A DNA stretch of 63,416 bases, the filler included, from Reticulomyxa filosa (taxonomy: Eukaryota > Protista > Foraminifera): assembly GCA_000512085.1 (NCBI GenBank). It is 18 parts of 18 records of this genome, joined end to end, with 100 filler letters (N's around TTAATTAATTAA, not from the genome) between each part and the next. Parts side by side here need not be neighbours in the genome. Positions count along the whole stretch, not along the records: positions 50,892 to 54,974 come from ASPP01021793.1; positions 55,075 to 56,657 come from ASPP01025760.1; positions 56,758 to 59,021 come from ASPP01040400.1; positions 59,122 to 60,199 come from ASPP01023360.1; positions 60,300 to 63,416 come from ASPP01004064.1; 13 more parts are not named here. One strand, written 5' to 3'. This document shows, piece by piece, positions 52,757-63,416 of the stretch; the first letter of the stretch is position 1, and every line of letters begins with the position of its first letter. Made by a program: the position numbers and the translations under genes. The notes below the pieces were generated by a model that was given only the letters and a program-made list of their open reading frames with translations, had not been told where the DNA came from and did not search any database.

Positions 52757-53422
52757 TCACAAACACGATATGAATTTGTTCGAAGGTGAAAACCCATCGT
52801 CTTCATTATGGGAGCTGGTACCCTTAATTTGTAATGAAAATCTTAGATTTAGAGGTTCGTCATCGCCGAACTCGAAATGACGATCAAAGTTAAGAGAAAA
52901 TTCGGGATTGGATTCTTGTCCAATCATATGGAGGATCTCTTCATTTATATTCGCGTCAACTTCTTTCAATAGCTTCTCTTTCATTGCATCCACACTTCTT
53001 ACCCAATTGAACAAGTACTTTAAAACATTGTATGTATCTTTCAAACCCATTTCGTGTAGGGAATGTCGTTTTTTCACATTTATTAAGTATGCCAGTTCCG
53101 ACAACTCTTTGCTTTTTCCAATTTTCGTGGCTATGGAATTTACCTCCAATTGTCCAAGCAGCACAAATGCTTCTTGCAAATGCTCAACCGCCTTCAAAAT
53201 GATTATAAAACAGAGTTGTGTTTTGGCTTAACAAAAAAGCGTAAATTTTACTTCAAAATACAACACATGAATAATGTAACAATGAGGGAAAAAAAGCGTT
53301 CAACAGTAAACAGCTTCTTTTGGAAAAGGTTTCAAAAATGCGTCTGGATCTCCTTTTCGAAATCCAAACTGATCATTGATTATTGAACGAGTGTCTGACT
53401 TCTTTGATGATGAACTACCCAT
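52757..53422 (-). CDS. Hypothetical protein with an N-myristoylation-like start (MGSSSSK), two exons
   Basis: MGSSSSKKSDTRSIINDQFGFRKGDPDAFLKPFPKEAVY, an intron, then ORF 53197-52757. Confidence 0.55.
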
Positions 53423-53733
53423 TGCAATTCTCTTAGTTTTTTTTTTGGTTCACTTTCCCCTCATTGACAATTTTTCTGCTTCCTTTTTGTCGGTGTAAGT
53501 TCTAAAACGAAAGTGAAAAGAGGGATAACTTGCATTGAATCTATACACTTACAAGTGGTGAAATTTTTTGTCTGAAGGAGTTTGATTTCGTTTCATTTCC
53601 ATTCTCCATTATGTAAAAGGGCATTCAAGATGGTAATGGTTTGACAAAAATTTTCTAAAAATGCTGGCCTATTACATTTAAATCTTGATCTGATAGAAAA
53701 AAGTTACACTTCGTTTTTTTTTTGGACAACAAT

Positions 53734-54930
53734 TCACATATTAGTGTCGTCCTTTTTTTCTGTAGGAAAGTTTGGAATTGCTTTCAGGATCGTTTTAATA
53801 TGCCCCATTTTAACTCCAATCTCCTCCAACTCTTTTCTCGTTATTTCTTGAATGACACTCATGCGGTCAAATCCATGATTAAGAAAGGCAGAATAGTACT
53901 CTTCAACATCCAAGTCAGTTAACCATTGTTGGACTTGCTTTTTCCATTTGTTTTCGTGTAAGCGAAGAAGACGTTTTAGTTTTTTTTTTCGACGAAGCAC
54001 TAGTCTCTTTGTCACTGCAGCCAAAACGAGACACTTTTTCCTTTTCTTTTTTTTTCCCTTTTCTTTTTCTTTTTCTTTCTTTTTGTTTTTTTTTTTCCTT
54101 TTCTTTTTCTTTTTCTTTTTCTTTTTCTTCTTCTTCTTGTTCGTTTTCTTTTTCTTGTTCTTGCCCTTGTTCTTCTCTTTCACTTTGTTCCTTGTGTTTT
54201 TTCTCGATCTCGCTACGTTCTCACTGTTGGAGACATGTTGCTGAGTCTCATTATAAGTACTTTCAAGTTCGTCCGCAATTCGTTTTGATGAGTCATCATT
54301 TATTAACTTTTTGCATTGAAGGCATAAACACACATCAAATGCAAACAGATTTTGTAAGAAAATAGAGCTTAAAACAAAGCAAAAAAATTTTAAGTTTGTT
54401 TTCTCTGTACCAATTTCATAGGGAATCTTTTAAAACTTTCGCCTACATTCACATCTTTGGTTAGATCTGATTGGAGAAATGGATTTGTAATTTTCTATGT
54501 ATACGTAGTTTTTTTTGTTTGTTTGTCTATACTACAAAAATTATCCGATTTTGGTGCATGAAAACAAAACAAAACAAAACAAAACAAAAAATACCATGAC
54601 TGGACACATGTGAGGGTTCTGGTGGCCAACGTGGATGATACAACCGTCCAAATCTTTGGAAAGGGAAGATTGTTTTACTTTGATGGATGCTTGCAATTGA
54701 GATTGAGCTTGCATGGCATAAGACATGTTTTGGAACTCTAGAGTGATGGTGGTGTCTTGATCACCATTGGCGGGTACTTTTGAGCCTTTTCGCTTCAATT
54801 GATAATACAAGTGCGGGAGGCACTCGATGAATTGTTCGTACATGCTCGTCTCAGTTTGTTCTAGTATGTAGCGTACTATGTCTTTGGATTTACTATTGTA
54901 CGGATACGTGCACATGACCACGCCATTCTG
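53734..54930 (-). CDS. C-terminal SAM-domain protein (5' truncated, multi-exon)
   Basis: VQQWLTDLDVEEYYSAFLNHGFDRMSVIQEITRKELEEIGVKMGHIKTILKAI is a canonical SAM domain, preceded by a K/E-rich low-complexity tract. Confidence 0.85.
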
Positions 54931-54933
54931 TTT

Positions 54934-54974
<41 letters not shown>

Positions 54975-55089
54975 NNNNNNNNNNNNNNNNNNNNNNNNNN
55001 NNNNNNNNNNNNNNNNNNTTAATTAATTAANNNNNNNNNNNNNNNNNNNNNNNNNNNNNNNNNNNNNNNNNNNNTTAAAAAAAATGGAT

Positions 55090-55312
55090 ACCTTCATTAG
55101 ACAAACCGATCCCGTTTGGAGACAACTCACTTCCAACAGTCTTTATTTTCAGTTGTCGATATAGATACACGTTGTATCCAATCACCGTTGCAATAAAAGC
55201 AAGAAAGGTATAGAGAAAGCCCGAGCGAGCGCCTTCATTCACTATTACTGTTGTCTGTGCTGTTGAAGCTCCTTCCCAGAAACAGTGAAAATGCGCTTCA
55301 ATTTTTGCATCA
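55090..55312 (-). CDS. Exon encoding a single-pass membrane segment, unknown protein
   Basis: GFLYTFLAFIATVIGYNVYLYRQLK: a hydrophobic helix followed by basic residues. Confidence 0.4.
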
Positions 55313-58300
55313 ATAATATTTTTTTCTTTTTTATTTAACAAAAAAATTTATTAAAAAACCCCATCCGTAGTCATTTTAAGCTCATTTCTTTTAAATACAA
55401 AAAAAGAGCTACGAAAAAATTTGTGTTCAATCTTTTTTTGTGGTTTTAATCTTGAAGGTTTGTTTTTTTGAATGTATAAGTTATTCGTAAAAAATAAACA
55501 GAAAGATGTAAGTCTTGGTTAAACGGGCAGAAACAAAAATAGACAAGCAGATCATAGCAAGTACTGCCCAAATTCAGCATTCACATGATTGCAGGCAAAA
55601 AAAAACGAAACAATACGTTGATGCAACGAATCACAGGAAAGCTCTATTCCAGCTTTTTATCATTTTCAGATAACCCAAAGAAAGCACATTTTTGGCTTCA
55701 CATGGCTCACCAAAAAGAACATTTGTAGTTTAGCACTAATACGGACAACACGTTGAGAGTAAAGGTCTTGTTTGGGGGGGGAGGGGAGCTAGGCATACGT
55801 AAATGAAAGAAATAGTTGATAATATTGGATGATCGATTGAAGTGCTGAACACAATCGAATTAGAAGAAAAAATAAGTTGAAGTACATCTGGAATGTGCAT
55901 TGCGAGAAAAAGAAGTGATATAGTCGTTATTTCAATAAGAGCAATTGCTTGGTACTTGCAAAGTCGAATATAATCGATAAATATCACGAAGAGTTGGATG
56001 GAACAGGCAAGGACGACATAAATATTCGAAGTCGTCGAACCACATCGGAATGGGAACACACAAACCCAAAATATGCAAGCTACTACAAAAATATTAACAC
56101 AAGCAAACTCGCATGAAAAAAAACAGAATTGAAACGATTGAAATCAAAGAGACATCATCCTTTTGGTGGATTGCAATCATCAACTCGTTCCAGCGTTTGC
56201 ATGTGTTGAAGTTGAAAGTAGAATGGTCCAACCACTAATATCCTTCCAATGATGTCCAAGTCCCCAATCGGGACAATTCCATTGTAGCGTTTCAAAGCAC
56301 TCGTTCTTGCAATTCCATGTAATTCCATGTGTTTGCAGCACAGTGTCATAGTGGCTGTTTGGCCATACTCGATTATGGACGAATATTGGATTCAAGCGCG
56401 GGGTCGGACAAGCTTTGCAAAGTCTTCAAAGTTACATGTCTCGACAACGGCCCTATCCTCCGCATCATCTCTCTGTCCGCCATGTCGTACATTGGTCCAA
56501 TCATACCTAAATTGTTGCCTATGTCGTCATTGCTATTGCCCTTCTCCAACCCTATCGTCAGCTCCGGTCCATTGCCATCACTATTTGCATTTGTACTTAC
56601 ATTTATACTTATATTAATACTTGCTTGTGCTTGTATTCGTAAGCGAAGGCAGCATTGNNNNNNNNNNNNNNNNNNNNNNNNNNNNNNNNNNNNNNNNNNN
56701 NTTAATTAATTAANNNNNNNNNNNNNNNNNNNNNNNNNNNNNNNNNNNNNNNNNNNNTATTTTTTTTTCTTCCCCTTTTTTTTTCTTTTATTATTCCATT
56801 TCTTCCCCCCTTATTCTTTATTTTTCCCTTTTTTCCAACCCCCTTTCAATACAGATACATACACTCACGGTTTTGTTGATCACTGTCCTATATGCACACA
56901 AAAAAGTTACTTTTTATAATCTTTTAAATAAAGACAAAAAAAAATATTTGTAACTTAATTTTGAATTTCATCTGCACATACATTTCTTTCCTATAAAGAC
57001 ACTAACACACTTTTTTTTTAGGGAGTGGGGACAAATAAATAAAAAATATAAAGTATATATATATTCTTTTTTTTTGAAGGGGGAATCCTATAGAATCAAA
57101 CAAACAAACAACATTAAATAACAAAACAATATCTATGTATATAAATAAATATAAACAGCACAAACCATTTTGAATCATTGATGACACGGGGGCAGATTTC
57201 AACCCCAATTTTCTTTTTTTTGTGTGTAAAGGGGATGGGACATATTGGTAACGGGCATTGTGGACGGTGGAACCTATGTTACAAAACACACATCAAAAAA
57301 CTTAAACATATTTTTTAAAAAAAGATAAATAAACAAGCCTTTGTCTCTCCTTTCGGAGACGGGGTGGTTTCTACCCCGTTTTCTTTTTTCTTTTCATCAC
57401 AGCTGGTGGTCCTATGTAAGCAACAACATAAGATATATTTACAAGACGAACACAAATAAAAAACACAAGATATTAACTTTATGGAATTTTGCAAGTGAAA
57501 TTGAAAATCTCGCACTTCGCCACACAGCCCAATGATTAATGTTCTTCATTGTTCGCCGTCCATCCAATTAGTCCAACAATTTGCGCCATTGTTGACCTAT
57601 ACAACAACAAAAACATATTTTATTATTATTGCAATGACAAAAATAAAATAAAAATTAACTTGACAAGACCACATGTGTCACGTCTTGATTTGTATATTGA
57701 TGTGAGTTTGTTCAGAGTTGGCAATGCGAGCTGCTTGTGCTAATGAGTGCGTAGTTTGTGTTGTGATAGCATAAGTGCTTTTGGATAGACCATGCCTTGT
57801 GGAAAGTAGCTCTGCAGCACAAAAAAGGTTTGGCATCACCACTGACTTACAAATCGATTGTCCGTCAGTTGTGTGCACAAATCCTTATTTGCGCTAACAG
57901 CGCTTCTACCACAAAGGCAGGTGCTGATCCATGACGGCGACTACTTTTCCACCAAAATTTGCATCAACACTTGCCAAAGTCGTTATTGTGGTCAATATCA
58001 TCAATGTTCCTTTTTTTGCGCCACATCGTACGACCTGTCCATTTTTTTTTTTGTTTGTTTTAAAAAAAAGTAGTAAAAAAAAAAAAGAACATAACATTGA
58101 AGTATACAAAAGTATTTGAAAAGTGTTGCTTACCAATTGACTTGCGACTTGGAGAATAGAGAATTGTGGTGCATGGCAAAGTTACTCGTATTGACGATGA
58201 TAGCTTGGACTGTGACTTTGGATTTTGAATATATTTGGAATCGCAATAAGTTGAAAATGCAGAATTGCCGCCATTGTATGCACTATTGATAGCCAAATTC

Positions 58301-59121
58301 GGCGTTCGCGCCATCTTGGTACTGGTGCAATCTATCACAAGCCATACGTCAAATATTATATGCATTCCTGGCTGTCCAAACCATTTGTATAATCCATCCG
58401 ACTGGGTGCGCTTATCCACCTCTACTTCAATGCTGGTACATACACTATGTTTTTTTTTAAAAATCCATTTTAAATCAAACGCATCATACGTACAATACAT
58501 CCTCACCCCCTTACTTTTTCATGATATACGTAAACCTCCCTTTTTTTTTTCATTAGATCTTTCTGTCCCTGTTGTTTACCTGTATTTTGGCTTGAAGTAT
58601 GTTGATGAGTTGATTGAAGTTGTGAAAATATCAATGATATTCTTATTGGACTGCCTTGTGGTTATTTTGATAATACGTATACTTGATTGTTTCAATTGCA
58701 CCGATATTTTTGTTATGTTGTCAAAGCATTGTGGACATTGCACGCATTTCAACGTTTTTGATTTCCACATTTGGCCGACAGAGTGGTTGGACAACTTATT
58801 CAATGATAGCAATAATGTACACATATAGTGTTGATTATTTGAATATATTGGGCCGTTTTCGTTTAAGTTTTTTGTTGACACATTGCTTGCATTTGGCACC
58901 ACCAAAACTGCAGTTAGGACGTGCAGTATTATCAAAATAAGTTCATATATCGACGATGTCTTCATTTTGCTTTGAAGTAGCCAAGCTTTGCACTCAATCT
59001 TTTGTCCCCTTTCTTAACAGGNNNNNNNNNNNNNNNNNNNNNNNNNNNNNNNNNNNNNNNNNNNNTTAATTAATTAANNNNNNNNNNNNNNNNNNNNNNN
59101 NNNNNNNNNNNNNNNNNNNNN

Positions 59122-59283
59122 ATGAATTGTTTATTCAAAGGAGATGAAGGAGATGAAGGAGATGATGGAATAACTTGTCTTAAATTTGTTGTATTGAAAA
59201 AGAAAGATAAAGCAAAGAATGTTACATATGATTTGAATTTGTGTTATGGTTCAAACAAAGGTTCCATTCGTATTTGGGGATAA
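59122..59283 (+). CDS. 3' end of a 1851-type WD40 family gene (5' truncated by spacer)
   Basis: KGDEGDEGDDGITCLKFVVLKKK..LNLCYGSNKGSIRIWG* parallels GEITCLKF..LCYGTVNGVIRMWG*. Confidence 0.75.
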   Translation: MNCLFKGDEGDEGDDGITCLKFVVLKKKDKAKNVTYDLNLCYGSNKGSIRIWG

Positions 59284-60022
59284 TTTACTTTTTGTTGAAG
59301 TATTTTTTCTTTGAAAAGTTTGATTAAAAGAAAAGTATGTGGTATTAAACATGTTTGATTTGATTGAATGTAAGTATTGAAAGATGTGTTTTTCTTCTTT
59401 GTTGTTTAAAAAATTTGAAAAAGCTTCATTCAATGTTTTTTAATAAATAGAAATTGTAGGATATTTCAGATATTGTGTTTTTTTATATAAAATTGAACAC
59501 GATTGTCTTTGCAGTAATTCATGATATATCTCTCTGTTTTGAAGAACACGAAATATTAAAAGACTTAACATATTATTGACCCTTTACAAGAATTTTACTA
59601 ACTGATTGTGAGTTATTGCAGATGATGCATCAAGAAGGTAAGCATCGATATTTATTGAAACTACAATAATTTCTTTAGATGATTACACAACTCGTAGTTA
59701 GAAATCATTGCAAAGAGAATTTATCATCCAAACTAATGCAAAGTTTTCAAGCTTTTTTTACTTGTATTGCTTGGCATTCTTCCACTTGCAACATTAACAT
59801 GATAAAACTTTATGTCATTTTACTTTTACGAAATACTATCATCAAAATGGGTCAAACTAACCTGAAGATAACAAAAAACTTAAAACATTCAATCATCAAA
59901 AGTAAGATTTTGTTACTCGATCGATATATGTTTTTTTTGGTATAAATAAGTGAACAGAGAAAGTTTGAACGTAGTCTGTTTAAGAGGACTCAAAAGTTGA
60001 ATTGTGAAAAGTTAATGAAAGA

Positions 60023-60199
60023 ATGAATACCATTACTACTACAAAAAAAAAAAGACTACATCATCTTTAGTAAGTTTTCTTCTCTTGAATTGAAGCAAGA
60101 CGTACTAAGACGACTTAACAAAAAAAAAGTCAGAAAAAACGGTAAAGAAAATAATTGAAAATTGGCTTCGAAACAGAAATGTAAAACCAGGATGGATCA
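60023..60199 (+). CDS. 5' end of another cassette-bearing gene (exon 2 starts at 60130; truncated by spacer)
   Basis: aaaaag|TCA GAA AAA ACG.. = SEKTVKKIIENWLRNRNVKPGWI. A short upstream exon ends at a gtaag donor (~60070). Confidence 0.7.
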
Positions 60200-61949
60200 N
60201 NNNNNNNNNNNNNNNNNNNNNNNNNNNNNNNNNNNNNNNNNNNTTAATTAATTAANNNNNNNNNNNNNNNNNNNNNNNNNNNNNNNNNNNNNNNNNNNNT
60301 GCACAACACATGACAACGATGGAGCTATTTACCGGAAGCAGGAATAACAATACCGGGCTGCAAAATAACCAATGGAATATAGCACCAACAGAATTACCAA
60401 TATCCAATAAGTTCATTAAAAAAAAAAAAAAAATTGTACAAAAAAAAAAAAAAGAATGGTTGAAACACAAATACACACCACTAGCAGGCAAATAGAAATG
60501 GTATCCTCCCTCTACATCGTCATTAGAAAAAATTGTACAAAAAGCAATCGTAAAAAAAAAAAAGAATTGAACCAAAGACAAATAAACTTGACAAAAAAAA
60601 TTGCAATGGGCGAAAAACGAGCAACGGGGGATAGAAAAAGATACAAAGGTGACAACAATGAGCAACGGGGGGAAAGCAAATGCAAAAAGGAAGCAACAAG
60701 TACCACACACACACACACACAAAAACAAGCAGGGGTAATTAAAATATCAATAATCGACGCCATGATCTCCAATAATAATACCATGCCAATCTATTACAAA
60801 AAAACAATCAAAATAGTATAAATGTTGGCATTAATTAAATAGAACTAACTTCCAATCTGGGTCAATATCGTACAACGGCCGTCGTCAGCCGGTGAAAAAT
60901 GAGGCGAATTAGTCTTGCTAGCCTCTACATCCCTCTGTTAGCACGGCACACTGCCGGTAACACCAAGGGGGAGACTACATTTCATGTCCATCCACAGATG
61001 GACATTGCCACAGTCCTGCAAGTAATTTTATCGGTGCTGCGATGCAATGCAAACCTTTAATGTGGCCTTGGTTTGCCGCAAGCACCGACTCGCCTGTCGC
61101 ACGCTTCTGTTGCGATAGTAAATCGCAATCGTAATAAGCGCTGTGTATTGCGCTTCGGCTGACCTGGCTCCATCTCAATCGAACAGGAATACAGGATACA
61201 TGAATACAGCAATATAGGAAATCATAACCAATAATAACAATAATTACATCAGCAACCAAACGATAGCGACCACATCGAAACGACGCCAACCCATCCATAA
61301 TCTCAAGCGAACAATCTTTGATTCCCTTTTTTGAAGTGTTTCTTTTCAACTCCAAACTTTTGGTGTTTGAAAAAATAAAGAAAATAAAGAAAAAGTTGTT
61401 TGACTGACTTTCTTCAAACGAAATTAACGTGGGAATCGATAATATTCTCACGAACGGCACCTAACACTGAACGAACTTGCTGCAAAGCTGTAGAAAAAGG
61501 GGAGAAAAAGTTCATCACCAATAGCACATCCAAATTTCGTTTGCTGTAATGAAAAAAAAATACAATCTTGTCAAAATTAAAAATTCTTTCCGTTTTGAAT
61601 TAAAAAATTCGTATTTACAATTTGGTGCAGAATAAATGTAGAAAATAATTTGACTCTATTGTAACAAGAACTTTTTTGAAAAACAAAAATTGAATATTTG
61701 ATCAAATTACGGAAATGTGAATAATAAATTATTTCATGAACTTAAGAATTAATTATTAGTAGATATTAATGCTTGAATTTTGTCTTTTTTTTGAGAATTG
61801 TAATTTGCTATGACACTTCATTTTTTTTGCGTTTCTCTTTCTTGAAAAAGCACAGCTGTATTGTGCAATGCAAGTATGGTGATTGGATATATTTGTGTTG
61901 TCAAAAGTGCAATTATTCTTCATGTAGACGCAACAATAAGACTCCATTT

Positions 61950-63000
61950 TAGACAAACCACATGCTATGATAACAATCACAATCATGTCAATAATGATAA
62001 TAATGACATGATAAATAATGGCATGTTTGTAATGATATATCCACAGTTGACGACAAAGCTATTGAAAATATTGAATCAAATGCATGAAAATGAAAACGAG
62101 AAGCCATTGGATGTCGACAAAATAATACGCAGCGAGCCATCTAGCACTATCCACAGCCACATAACCATATGGCAAAAGTACATGATCATATATTTTTGTG
62201 TTGACAATAGTGACAAAAGGGAAATTTCTTATGTTCAATACAGAAGACAAAATTACACCAAATTGTGCACATCAATGACAATATGGTGAATATTTTGCTG
62301 AAAGTATGTGTTTTAAAAAAGAATATTAAATTCCATGTGCTTTATCCATATATCAATATTGCAACACATTTTTATAATATTAAATATTGTGAGTGGTGCA
62401 TGGACACCTTTGTTTGTGAAAGCAACAAGAAACGAAAGTGAAACTAGTGAATGGTAGTCAAAAGAAAAATGGAGGATTGGAGACAAAGTAGAGTCCCGTT
62501 GCAAATATAACAATGACGCATGGACTGCTGTTAATATCAAAATCCTTCAAAGAGCCCCTCCATTTAGCCTTTTTTAAAAAAAAGACTTTTGTTCACAACA
62601 TATGTTTATATGCGTTTGTATGTTAGACGAAGAATATGAGATATCAAACCAACTGCGACAGTGAAAAAAAACAAGAAAAGGTCTCCGATATTTTGAATTT
62701 GTTAGAAAATCCTTTCAAAGGTACTATTAATTTTTTTTTTTTGATCAAAAAGGTAGGTCTTGACGATGTTTGCAATCATTACAGAGAAGATTGATCAGGA
62801 CGAATATAAAGATATGAATATGTCGGATCTCATCAATCAATACAGTTGTTCTTCTGATGCAAGTAAGAATGACAACAAATTGAAATGGCTGAAAAATCAT
62901 ATAACATTAAAATCAATGACATATGTAGCGAAAGAATGCATGATTAAGGCATACATCATCACAAATGAATTGATGGAACGGTGATTCGAAGCGTTAGTGT
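61950..63000 (+). pseudogene. Fragmentary coding-like region with in-frame stops, product unknown
   Basis: Exon-like pieces (61861-62289, ~62400-62560, 62760-62984) are interrupted by stops. Confidence 0.3.
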
Positions 63001-63416
63001 ATCGAATACAAAAAAAAAAAGTGGTTTTAAATCCCCTTTTATACCTTCCTACTTTCTTCTCTATACGTAAATATATGCACGAATTTTAACCATCTTTACC
63101 TAATCTTGTCCTAATTGCCTTTAAATCGTCTTTGCCAAATTAAGGGAAAATAGTAATATGCATAGTTTAATTCGAGCATTTTATATTCTTTGTATTTGCA
63201 AAAAATAGTGGTCGATACTTGTTTGTTGCACGGCATTTGTACTTGTGCGTTGTCCTGGACACGATCGCGTTTATAATCAATATAAAATGAAATATGATTT
63301 TGAGAGTCAAAAGCACCCCTCCAAAATGCACTGCATTTATGATTAAAATGATACCAAAAGTGGCTTTGGTTATTTATGTATTGTATTGCTTATCCGGTTT
63401 CAATCTGTACCCAATT

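Noticed and set aside
53948-54365. Phe-rich ORFs on the + strand (similar antisense ORFs at 30163-30653, 49204-49538, 50844-51350)
   Set aside because: They are antisense shadows of K/E-rich low-complexity coding tracts.
57300-58965. Possible multi-exon membrane-protein gene on the - strand
   Set aside because: The frames contain stops, and no consistent splice model or recognisable motif could be built.
9889-60299. Regularly recurring TTAATTAATTAA palindrome as a biological repeat or CRISPR-like array
   Set aside because: It is always centred in 44+44 N bases: an artificial six-frame-stop linker used to concatenate contigs.
1-63416. Alternative genetic code (stop-codon reassignment) to explain fragmented ORFs
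   Set aside because: Conserved genes end normally at TAA, TAG or TGA, and the breaks are explained by GT-AG introns, indels or pseudogenes. No rRNA, tRNA or CRISPR features were recognisable.

Overview
AT-rich, intron-containing eukaryotic DNA. The window is about 18 short contigs joined by artificial 100-bp spacers (N44-TTAATTAATTAA-N44), so adjacency across spacers means nothing. Gene content and style (expanded WD40, RING, TPR and 7TM-RGS families, many pseudogenes, microsatellite-rich introns) resemble the foraminiferan Reticulomyxa filosa; this is an inference. Recognisable genes: cytoplasmic dynein intermediate chain, importin-alpha, two F-box proteins, VPS37A, PA28, an HMG-box protein, an FAD monooxygenase, a hemerythrin-like CaaX protein, CNNM/DUF21-CBS, SPATA4-like CH protein, a G8-domain protein, two 7TM(-RGS) receptors, V-ATPase subunit d and a SAM-domain protein. 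Also present are a deletion-riddled dynein heavy chain copy, a dead Tc1/mariner transposase and two related solo-LTR-like elements with 4-bp TSDs. Top candidate for a novel system: a portable ~33-37 aa module (I..II..W.R.L..K.GW(I/V).DFDK....Y/F), missed by the ORF track. It occurs five times in the window, and in the three intact genes it is a phase-0/phase-0 cassette exon fused to two divergent WD40 propeller families whose top-face residues vary. It may be a lineage-specific cullin-adaptor-like tag on a diversified receptor repertoire.
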